A DNA stretch of 62,886 bases, the filler included, from Octopus bimaculoides (lineage: Eukaryota), in NCBI RefSeq assembly GCF_001194135.2. It is 3 parts of 3 records of this genome, joined end to end, with 100 filler letters (N's around TTAATTAATTAA, not from the genome) between each part and the next. Parts side by side here need not be neighbours in the genome. Positions count along the whole stretch, not along the records: positions 43,334 to 62,886 come from NC_068983.1; 2 more parts are not named here. The stretch is one strand, 5' to 3'. Position numbers and translations under genes: made by a program. Under the pieces are notes generated by a model. That model had not been told where the DNA came from, did not search any database, and saw nothing but the letters and a program-made list of their open reading frames with translations. The number at the start of each line of letters is the position of its first letter. Position 1 is the stretch's first letter. Shown one piece after another: positions 51,400 to 62,886 of this stretch.

Positions 51400-51990
51400 T
51401 TCTACCATGATCTAAGAGCTGTCCGGCGGTCACTCACCAATGTAAGTGACGAAACTTCCATACAGCAGCATGCGCTTTGTTGAATCAGATGTTGCGACTC
51501 TGGCCAGGTGTTTCTATCATCTTCAGTGCTCGTTCTTGATCCACCACTCATCCTCTCACGTAAACCACATGCAATAACTTGCCTTTTTAGTGGCTTCCGA
51601 CAATTTTCTAACATCTTTCGTCTCCTTCACTAGTCAAAGATTCTCGAGTATAGAATGAACCCTGATTCAAAAAATCCCACAACATCTGTCTCTACACGAA
51701 CGCATATTGCCTTCCAGCCATTGTTTTCACAACAGAATTCAACTAACTCACTTTTAATTTCCGTTTTGTTTTTAAGAAAAACGTCTTCGATCTTCGTTCC
51801 CCAGGGAACCGTCAGCTCTGACATCTTTACCACCTTACTTACATTCCACCACACGACAAGATCGGGTATTTTGGTGAGTAAAAAGTAGGAAGGGACATTT
51901 ACCATCAACGTCAACAGAGGTCTCCCAAGTCCCTTCTCTTCTTCCTTACAGTGGCTGGCTTGCAGCAGTCATCTTGCCTGTAAGACTTCG
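51400..51990 (-). mobile_element. REL-endonuclease non-LTR retrotransposon 3' fragment (HERO-like)
   Basis: KIPDLVVW..ELTVPWG..NNGWKA..VETDVVGF. Confidence 0.65.
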
Positions 51991-52164
51991 TCTTCCCATG
52001 TTCCACTATTTGTGGTCTTTCGCTGTTGTTAATTTGCTTTACCCTCTCTATCACTGCATTAACTCATACTTTAAGTACTTTGTTGTGCCACAACGTCTAT
52101 TTGTGTTTCAGACCCGGTGGGCAATTACAGAATGTGAGCCTCATTTATTCAGCTTTCCATATTT

Positions 52165-52226
<62 letters not shown>

Positions 52227-53989
52227 NNNNNNNNNNNNNNNNNNNNNNNNNNNNNNNNNNNNNNNNNNNNNNNNNNNNNNNNNNNNNNNNNNNNNNNNNN
52301 NNNNNNNNNNNNNNNNNNNNNNNNNNNNNNNNNNNNNNNNNNNNNNNNNNNNNNNNNNNNNNNNNNNNNNNNNNNNNNNNNNNNNNNNNNNNNNNNNNNN
52401 NNNNNNNNNNNNNNNNNNNNNNNNNNNNNNNNNNNNNNNNNNNNNNNNNNNNNNNNNNNNNNNNNNNNNNNNNNNNNNNNNNNNNNNNNNNNNNNNNNNN
52501 NNNNNNNNNNNNNNNNNNNNNNNNNNNNNNNNNNNNNNNNNNNNNNNNNNNNNNNNNNNNNNNNNNNNNNNNNNNNNNNNNNNNNNNNNNNNNNNNNNNN
52601 NNNNNNNNNNNNNNNNNNNNNNNNNNNNNNNNNNNNNNNNNNNNNNNNNNNNNNNNNNNNNNNNNNNNNNNNNNNNNNNNNNNNNNNNNNNNNNNNNNNN
52701 NNTATATATATATATATGCATATTTGTGTACAGGACGTCACAAAACGCAAACAACATGAAATACGAAGACAAACTTGGGTATGCGAACAACGAGAGAAAC
52801 AAAATCTTCAGTTCCAACTGACAAAACCATTAGTCTTCTTCGATTTCTCTTCTAGCTAAGTACGTTTTATCTCTGTTATAAGACTATAAGTTTATTTTAA
52901 AGTGTATTGATTACTAAAACTAGGAGTAGGTCACAGATTTGTAGAGAATTAGGGCACAGTTGATTTAATTTATTATGTACGCAAGGCATTTTATTTATAC
53001 TTCATTGAATGAAAGACGGAAACTGACTCCAATAAAATTTGAAATCAGAATCTTTGGGAGTAAATTAGCATGGCAGATTCGTTAAGGTGACGTTATATAA
53101 AAAAACGAACCTTTACATTCTGGTGTCAAATCCTGTTGAGGTCAACTTTACTTTTCATTCCCGTTATTACCAGTCAACTTATGGGGTAGATTTAATCGAC
53201 TACCCCTTATTCCAACTCCCTAGATTTCAGGCCTTTTGTCCTATGATACTAACAATGTATTGCTGAAGCAAAGATAAACAAGTGAAGCAACAAAACTAAC
53301 AAACTTACAAACAAAACAATCTGAAAATTATTTTCAATAATTTCAGCTACAATGTTGATGCAACCCATGTAAAGCTAAGACTTCTGATTAATCATAATTG
53401 CCATTGTGAATATCATAAAAGGGGCAAAATGCTAGAAACAACAGTCAAATATCTCTCAAATCGTACCCTTCTCTCTTAGGAAAAATGAATACATTAGATG
53501 GTGTAGTTTTGAGAATACTGCGGATGGTTAAAAAGCAGAATATCCTTGAATATAGTTTTGCTCGATCAAGAGTGGTCTGAGGCTAAACAAAATCATCTAG
53601 GAAAATGATAATATTTCTATATTTCTGATTATGTTATAGCTATCAAATCATATTGCATGAAAGTAATGTGTTTACATTTTTATAATTTCTTCTCACAGCT
53701 AGACTTTCTGATATTTAAATTTGCTTCCGTTCTTCTCATTCGCGCTGTGTTGGCGCATAAAAATATATAATGTTTAATTAATGACAAGCTGTCAAAAGCA
53801 CAGATGTGCAAATTAAGTTATATTCAACGGCAATGACTTAATTTATGACATCTTTATATAGTAACTGAATATTCCATGCTATCGGATGACTGAGGATGGA
53901 ACATGGGTACGTTTTCTTTCGAGGAGCAGTCATCTAAGTATTCAACGACACGTCGGGAGACTCCCTCGCTTTATTACGCGTATCAAAAG

Positions 53990-54130
53990 CATAGAAGGCA
54001 TATGCTTACATTGTTATATTTTCTTCTCACAGCTAGAATTTCTAATATATCTCCACAATAGAGCATGTTTTTCTTGTGATCCCAAACAACAATATCTGGA
54101 CGTTTGTGTTTTAAATTGGTGGATGTTTTA
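53990..54130 (-). mobile_element. Short REL-endonuclease remnant
   Basis: IKTSTNLKHKRPDIVVWD. Confidence 0.5.
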
Positions 54131-54849
54131 ATATTTTTAGTTCTACCAATATTCCTTTGATCCATCTGTGTCAATATAATCAATTTCGTCTGTTAGTATT
54201 TTCTTTTTCCTTATCCTGTTCCACTTGTAAGTATGTATGTATGTATGTATGTATGTATGTATATATATGTATGTATGTATATGTGTGCATGTGTGTGTAT
54301 GTATGTATGTGTGTGTGTATGTGTATGTATGTATGTATGTGTGTGTGTGCATGTATGTATGTGTGTGTATATATGTATATATGTATGTATGTAGTATGTA
54401 TGTATGCATGCATGTATGTATGTATGTATGTATGTATGTGTATGTATGTATGTGTGTGCATGTATGTATATATATGCGTATATATGTATATATGTATGTA
54501 TGTGTATGTATGTATGTCATTATTCAGTTTTATTTCAAGATTTCTTGCCTATAGAGAAAGAACCGGTTTCTAACCTAGATCCAAGGCTCCTTCATTGCAA
54601 TTTCAACTACATCAACAGGTTAGTTTTTGCATGTATGTGTGTATATGTGCAGTATTTGAATTAGTGCATGTGCAGATTTGTTTTATGTTTGTATTCTCAT
54701 ACATATAGCTGCACGTCTCAGCATGCACATGTATGTATGTATGTATGCATGCATGCTTGTATGTATGTATGTATGTATGTATGTGTGTATGTATGTGTGT
54801 GCATGTATGTGTGTGAATGCATGTATGCGTGTGCACTGTGAGTATTGCA

Positions 54850-54892
<43 letters not shown>

Positions 54893-55472
54893 GAACATAG
54901 GTAATCTGTAATTATTCTACGCGTATACACGAACATGTATTTCGTTGCACATCAAAGCAGATTATATCCGAGAATTAATATACTGTGATGAAAAGACTTA
55001 ATTGAATATTCTGTTAGAATATTCTATACGTTTCCTTGACAATACTTTAAACACATCACCAATATTATTTTAATCTCAGTTTCAAAGACCCCTCCCCTCT
55101 TTAACCTTTAGGTTTATATGTGTGCCTCTCTGTATGTATGTATGTATGTATGTATGTATGTATGTATGTATAAGTGTGTGTGTGTGTATGTGTGTGTGTG
55201 TATAATATATATATAAATAGAGAGATAGAGAAAGAGGGAGAGAGAGAGAGAGCTAAAGGTTCGTTAATTCGTTATATGTGTGTGTGTGTGTGTGTGTGTG
55301 TCTATGTATATGCATATTTACATATAATTTACGTTTCCATTAATAGAAAAAATTTCTAAAACTTTTGTTATCTCCATTCCAACGACAGAGCTTTTGTATC
55401 TTTGTTTGAAGCCAGCTCCTTCTTCGCAGGATCATTTCAAATAATTAAAAATCGATGAGAACATGCATGCAT

Positions 55473-55553
<81 letters not shown>

Positions 55554-56370
55554 TACATACATACATACATACATACGTACGTACGTACGTGTTGCCCATA
55601 TCAATACTTCTCAAATACCAGGTTTACATTATTTCGTTGTCTCTTTTTTTTTATTTTGTCCCATCCCTGCTCAGTTTGTTATTTGTCTTCTACTCCACTT
55701 CACATCTGTTATTCAGTTCTGTTCACTTTTCCTCTTATGTTGAATGTATGTTTTGCTGGATAAATTTTCGCTCTTTTCTTTATTGTTTGCCAAGCAACAT
55801 ACGGAGAAGTCTAACAAAATTAATCTTGCATGCAAGAATCTAAATTACCTCTTAAAATGGCAAGTTTTTCTTCTTCTCTTAATTCTTATTGATTTTGAAA
55901 TATTATAACGTAAAAACAAAAGTTAACTTTCAAAAAATATTTTTCATTTTTGAATATTTTGAAACTTTTGCTATTAACTTTCATGTCAGGTCGATCTTGA
56001 GCGCTTACTGGCAACATATAACCCAGATTAACCTGTTGCTTGTTAGGGTAGGCGGCGACTACACCGGCTGCCCCGCCAAGCTTTTTTGGTGAGGAAGGGG
56101 ACTTTTGAACATCCTGCGATACGAAAAACAGAGCCCGTCAAAGGGCGGAAGAACTCATGAGAATCAAGTGCCACCAAACAGTGTATACATATGTATATAA
56201 CGCTTGTGTGTATATATTCTTTGATATCATATAGCTTTTATATTCTTTTATATTCTCTCACCCACCAGGTCTCTAAGTGGCGGATAGGGGAATGGTTCTA
56301 GAGCGTCGCTGTGAATAGAATAAAGGGTAATCCGCTAGCTACTCGTCGGGCCAAAGATACCTTATGTGTA

Positions 56371-56437
<67 letters not shown>

Positions 56438-57011
56438 ATATATATANNNNNNNNNNNNNNNNNNNNNNNNNNNNNNNNNNNNNNNNNNNNNNNNNNNNNN
56501 NNNNNNNNNNNNNNNNNNNNNNNNNNNNNNNNNNNNNNNNNNNNNNNNTATATATAACAGCTTGTTAACCCATCTTTTCGCTTCTTAGTCGATTAGACTT
56601 AGAGCCATTCACGTCATTGCTATGTCCGTCTATTTCTCTACGCTGCATGACTGAAAACCACTTAGCTGCTATTTCTATATTTCCTATCTCTGAACTTTCT
56701 TGCATAGATTTCTTCATTCAACTAGAATCTACATTTTGATTATGTATCATCATCGACCAGTAAATAAAAAATATTTTTATGTAGTAAATATATAGTTCTT
56801 GAATTTATTCTTCATCTCTATATGAACTCTTGTTATAATATACTCGCAGCTATATCAACACCTAGTACTGAATATATATTCCCACTACATAAATTGGTGA
56901 CCCCGCGAATATACATAATACTTTCCCTCCCTCAACAGAAAAGAAAACATAAGAAAACAAAACATCGGTTCTTTATGTGTACGCAGCAATAAAGGCAATG
57001 GGTGGTAGAAA

Positions 57012-57400
57012 CAGCGCCGGATTAAGACCCACCGAGGTCCTAAGCACTTATAAGATTTTGGTACCCCCATAAAAGATTATGCAATTCAAAATATAAACAA
57101 TAACAAACCATAAAATAAATTTTTATTTTTCAAAACAAAACAAAACAGAAAGAGGGAAAAGGATGTTTATTTTTGTATACTTCCACTTTATTTATATTTG
57201 AAAAGTTTCCTCCTGCGTTTTTGAATTGCAAAGTCTTTGATCAGATCCTCAAAATTAATCTTAGGTAACACATCTACATCTATACTAAGTAGAGATAAAA
57301 GCATCCCGAATATTATTTTAGCAAGTTTAAAGTGTTTTCTTTTGTGCTGTAAACCATTTACCATTTCTCTGGTGCCCCCTCCTTCTCTTGATGCCTTAAG
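57012..57400 (-). mobile_element. hAT element 3' end with dimerisation-domain remnant
   Basis: LSLLSIDVDVLPKINFEDLIKDFAIQKRRRK; terminus CAGCGCCGGATTAAGACC at 57012. Confidence 0.7.
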
Positions 57401-60400
57401 CACGTGCTTATTTTGCTTAATGGTTAATCCAACGCTGGGTAGAACGAGGGACACAATGTTTTGTGGTGTTAAATTACATCCCCATTACGTTCTTAGTTCA
57501 AATCTCGCCAGGAGCTGATATTATCTTTCATTATTCAGTGGCCGATGAAATAAAGTATCAGTCAATAACAATGATTGATATGATCAGTATACTAATTACG
57601 TATACTAATTACGTATACTAATTACGTGACGTTGGGCTTCTGTTAGAAATTCCTATATTTTAAGAAGTTATATAAAGTAAATAATGTTTAGGCCGTATAA
57701 CATTTTAAATTTCTATTTTGTCTACAAATTCTGATAGTCAGACACTCAATTATTCATCGCTTCGTGTAGAAGTAAAAAAAATCCTAAGCATAGCTTTTGT
57801 TGTTGTTAGTTGTCATGACAACTTTATAGGAAAAAAACCCAAAACAACAACAACAAAAACGGAAAAAAAACCCCTGTCAAAACTAAAATATGGCGTCGCG
57901 ACTAACAATCATAATCTGCTCCTGTCGCAATAATGGTTTACCGTGCTTATTGTATTTGTTAACTATGAGATTTCTTGGATTATAATAATTTCTTAGATGT
58001 TTAGAGAATGGGATAAAAGACACTTGCATAATGGTAAATATGGAACATAATCTCTAACCCTCATGTCTATTTCACTAATGTCTGATTTGACTGGATTTAT
58101 AGTTAAAAGATGAAAAAGAAACAATAAAAAAGAAAAAAAAAAGGAAGAGACAGAAAGAAAACAGAAACAAAGAGTCTAATTTTTGAAGGTTTTTCAAGAT
58201 AATCTTCCGCGTACTTTATTCTATTTTCATTTCGGTTCTATATAACCATTGTATGTTTATCGCAGAATTGTCTTCAACACACACGNNNNNNNNNNNNNNN
58301 NNNNNNNNNNNNNNNNNNNNNNNNNNNNNNNNNNNNNNNNNNNNNNNNNNNNNNNNNNNNNNNNNNNNNNNNNNNNNNNNNNNNNNNNNNNNNNNNNNNN
58401 NNNNNNNNNNNNNNNNNNNNNNNNNNNNNNNNNNNNNNNNNNNNNNNNNNNNNNNNNNNNNNNNNNNNNNNNNNNNNNNNNNNNNNNNNNNNNNNNNNNN
58501 NNNNNNNNNNNNNNNNNNNNNNNNNNNNNNNNNNNNNNNNNNNNNNNNNNNNNNNNNNNNNNNNNNNNNNNNNNNNNNNNNNNNNNNNNNNNNNNNNNNN
58601 NNNNNNNNNNNNNNNNNNNNNNNNNNNNNNNNNNNNNNNNNNNNNNNNNNNNNNNNNNNNNNNNNNNNNNNNNNNNNNNNNNNNNNNNNNNNNNNNNNNN
58701 NNNNNNNNNNNNNNNNNNNNNNNNNNNNNNNNNNNNNNNNNNNNNNNNNNNNNNNNNNNNNNNNNNNNNNNNNNNNNNNNNNNNNNNNNNNNNNNNNNNN
58801 NNNNNNNNNNNNNNNNNNNNNNNNNATATATATATATATATATATATATACATTTTCACACATTTACATAAATCAAACTACATACCGATAGAAAGAAAAC
58901 CGTGAAAATAGTGAAAGACAATAATAAAATCTCATAAAGAAAACGAAATATACGTCGCAGGTCAGCAAGTGTTGCAATCAGATAGTAACACAGTGATAAG
59001 AAAACGGACTTGGCACAAGAAGCTCTAAACGTAAAGTAAAAATTAATGAGTATTATGAGAAAACAAGGGAGAAGATAATTGATATTAAGTTGTCTTATTT
59101 AACTAATGGAATCGTCAGGATTTATTATATAAGAAGGCTTTCCTTTGCCTATGTCTATATCTCGTAATCACTTCGTCAAATGTATTAAGAATATTACCTT
59201 TGCAATTGGTATTATTTCAGCGATACATAGCAAATAGCGATTACTAGATCCTGTATACGACATAGCCCGGTGCACAATGACCAAGCTAATGAATACATCT
59301 AATGCCATTATTGATAAGCTCAATATTAACAAATCTTGGAATGTGTACTTGAACTGTAGTATTGTTAAGTGTAATTCCGATAAGTCTCATTCTATATATA
59401 CTTCTATAAACTGATGACGATTAAAAGGAAATTAAAACGCATGAATGTAATGTTGTAAACCCATCTCTTGGTAATACTTATAATGATTATAATGGAAATA
59501 CTACCCTAAATTTGAAACTATAGCATACTGATTTTAAGAATAATGATAATTACAATCTTGGTAAATATAAGAGAATGGTAAAGAAAATGAAGAATCCTAT
59601 CACCTTTTACTTGATATAGCATCTAATAAAGAATCAATACTTCATAGAATTCATGGAACTATGCCCCCACCCCAAATAGTATTCTTAATTTTGCTACGTA
59701 TAAGAGGAAAAGGAAAAGGGTAAGGCAAAGAGAGATAACCTGGTATGATCCACCTTTCGCTTTGAATATTAATCATATTCGTTGCGGTGTTAGAAAGAAA
59801 CTTCCTTCCTTCAAGTAATTTATAGAAAAATATTCAACACCTACACTGTTAAATTTTCATACTCCACTAAGTATAACTTAGCCAATTTGATAGCTCTGAT
59901 TAATAATAAAAAGACTTAAATGTATGCTCTAGAATTATATGGGTGGGGGGACGCTTTTTCACTCCGATCTGAATCTAAGCCCTTACCGGGTTATCATAGG
60001 AACTATTGCAATCATGAGAGCGCTGTAGATTGTAATTATAATTTCACTGTTGAAAATCATTCAGGCTATATTGGATCCTTGCCTCACTGTAAGTAATAGT
60101 ACTGCATATAATTCGAGTGGTCACCTGTTGACATCTCTTGGTAATAATAATATTGGACTATATAATAATCATGTGTTATACTGCGATGGTACGTTGACCA
60201 TGTCCTTAAAATAGATTTATTGTGCCACGATATTTGTGGTAACATGAATAGAGACACCAATATAATTGACAACTGTATTAATAGAGTGAATGCACATATT
60301 GGACATGGTATAGGAATGGTTAATATGGTTGATAGTGATATAACCTTGGATACTGATAGTGTATACCGAAATACATATGTCTGTGAGAAACGTGCAATTG

Positions 60401-61577
60401 TAAGCGTCCTGCTAATTATGCTTTGGAAAGTAAGTGCTTGACTAATAGTACAGTATATAGGCGCGTGTGATTATTACACAAATCTAATTAAATTTAAATA
60501 GATGCAACGAGCACAGATTTTAAGGTCTATTTACGTAATCATCTTAAAAGTTGTAGATCTGAGGGTAAGGCAGGTATAATGTCGTTGTTCGTAAAAATTT
60601 GGTAATTAAAGCAGTAGGGTATAGATTTGTTTTGTTTCTTGAATGATGTAATTTAATTACATTTGAAGGTAATAAATATTTTTCTCTTGAAAATTAATAT
60701 TCATGTCATCATTTTGATAAAAGTTAAATTACATTTATCGTATGTATATTATATTTTCTGATATTACACCCATAGTGACAAAAGTATACTTCCAAAGTTA
60801 CCCGTCTCATAACAGTAATGATCATTACAGCTCGTTCAAATAAAGAAGAAAATACTAACCTACAAGAGTCTCTACGTGGTTTCACTTACTAGAAATAACA
60901 GCCAAATCTCTCTCAAAGAACACCCCACTATCTTAAAATGAAGTAAAGACATACTGAGTAATGTAATCTTGGATCCAATGTACTTGAAACGAAAAATAAA
61001 CTGGTTTGATGGTCACGGCTGGGTTGTATTTTTTCATATCATAGAGCTTCTCAAACATGGATGACATGGGAAAAAATAACAATAAAAACCAAGAACAACG
61101 ACTAAAGAAAAAGAAAAAGAAAAAAAACGAGCCGTGAAGCATAGGTAAAAAAGACAAATATGACAAAAAGTGAAGAATATATATCGTATTTCAAGCTTCT
61201 TCGTCTGAGGATGTTTCCGTATGTATGCTGCCCTTATGAGGTGCATCTATGGATTACATCTATGGATTACATCTATGGTGTAACATCATGTGCTACCGAA
61301 TTCTGAAACCTATGTAACATGAAATTATGTAGTAGCATGTTCAAGAATATGTTCTTTTCTCTCTTATTATATACACACAGATATACACACACATATACAC
61401 AGATGTACACACACACACACACACACACATTTACATACATATATACATTCATCCAGCCAACCACCCATCTATCCATACATACATACATACATACATACGC
61501 ACACACATACAAATATGTATGTATAAACGAATGCATCTATATATGTGCGCGTGTGTGGGTGCGTGTTTGTGTTTGTG

Positions 61578-61626
<49 letters not shown>

Positions 61627-61858
61627 TGTGTGTCTCTATAAAAGCAACGGCAAAACGAAATGAAAAATAAAAATAGTTCAATACTATAAAGCAGCTTCAA
61701 TCAATTATTTTCAAGATATGAGAATGATTTTGAAGATTTCTTAGATAAAAAAAGAACATCTAACGGTTCTATATTCATAACTTGGAAATAACTGATTGAA
61801 ACAGGTCGATATAAATAAATGGAATTTATTTTTGTTCCTCCATTGGTATTAAATTATT

Positions 61859-61915
<57 letters not shown>

Positions 61916-62389
61916 CTCTCTCTCTCTCTGCTATCTGTCTCTCCCTTTCCCTCTGGGTATGGATGTTGATGTGATTATGCGTTTGCATGGTGAGTTCAAC
62001 TGGGTGGTATACGTCCAAATGCACACATTCTTGCACATAACCCACTCAAAACTAAATGTGTCTGTGTAGTGAAGAAGTTTTCTTCATAACCATCTGGTCT
62101 CAAGTTCAGTCTCACTGTACAGCACCCTAGGCAAGTGTCTTCTACTATAGCACCGGGCCAACTAAAGCCTTGTGAGTAGAACTGGTAGACGGAAACTGAA
62201 AGAAGCCCATCGTATACTTACATACATACGACGGGCTTCCACACAGTTTCAGTCAACCATATCCACTCACAGGGCATTGGTCCGTGGTTGCAAAGTGAGC
62301 TTCTTTATCACGCAGCCCACATGTATCAAGTTGTAACGAAGGTTCTGCCTGCTTTTTTATGGATCAATAAAACAATAAAAGAAATATCT

Positions 62390-62790
62390 GATTTATTTAG
62401 TCGTTAATATAGTCACCATTCTTATCTTTGACCTTTTTTCATTTATTAATGACATGTTCATAAAATTCCTTAGAAGTGAACAAGGAAATTAGCTCATTTT
62501 CGACTTCTGCTCTTGGAGTATGTCTTAATCCACTCAAGAAATGGTAATCTGTAGGTGCGACATTCGGAGATTACGGTGGGTTGCATAATTTACCAGGCAT
62601 ATTTTTTCTAGGAGATCTTTGGTCTTTTGCACAATGTGAAATCTAGCGTTATTATGATGAAAGATGGTGATTCCATTTCTGTTTGTTAATGATGGACGTT
62701 TTTGCTGCAAAGCAGTTTCCCAACATGTTAGCTGTTGGTAGTATACATTGGCTGTTATTGTTTAATTGTAGAGTAGCAGCTCGTGATGAA
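62390..62790 (-). mobile_element. mariner transposase C-terminal remnant
   Basis: YYQQL..QKRPSLTNRNG.IFHHNNARFH.VQKTKDLL..SPNVAPTDYH..DKNGDYIND match decayed HDNA and PDLAPSDY motifs. Confidence 0.8.
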
Positions 62791-62828
62791 TTATTCAAAG
62801 CATATCCCATCATACAGGCAGAAGAATA

Positions 62829-62886
<58 letters not shown>

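Noticed and set aside
51425-51530. Hammerhead-like pieces at the HERO-like 3' end (GTCAC..GTGAC-GAAAC on plus; CTGAAGA-TGATA-GAAAC..GTC on minus)
   Set aside because: The plus motif lacks an adjacent core and the minus motif lacks a pairing stem I.
57588-57626. 13-bp triple repeat TATACTAATTACG
   Set aside because: A simple slippage duplication at the end of a decayed SINE.
59411-59440. CTGATGA...GAAA as a hammerhead
   Set aside because: No U at 16.1, and no convincing stems I-III.
60955-61305. Minus-strand mini-exons (28 nt at 60955-60982; an NSVAHDVTP-stop segment near 61300)
   Set aside because: Splice-like dinucleotides only; no coherent gene model or recognisable protein.

Overview
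Animal genomic DNA, AT-rich and saturated with microsatellites, SINEs and decayed transposons. The repeat landscape suggests an octopod cephalopod draft assembly (inference, not verified). Two identical 100-nt spacers (44 N + TTAATTAATTAA + 44 N, at 28074-28173 and 43234-43333) show the window is three scaffolds joined artificially. The only host gene I can support is a two-coding-exon unorthodox aquaporin of the AQP11/12 family (14852-15491 + 20168-20448, 306 aa) that has no canonical NPA box. Its intron holds the two most interesting signals. First, a perfect 98-bp-arm palindrome whose arm folds as a minimal type I hammerhead ribozyme with a compensatory G3-C8 core pair. Second, a 68-bp copy of the gene's own exon inserted inside an R4/Dong-like retrotransposon fragment. 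The rest is fragments of R4/Dong-like, RTE, CR1-like, HERO-like and Penelope-like retroelements, of mariner, pogo and hAT DNA transposons and MITEs, several SINE families, and simple repeats. Almost all ORFs in the supplied track are microsatellite or N-gap artefacts. Repeat boundaries were read by eye and are approximate.
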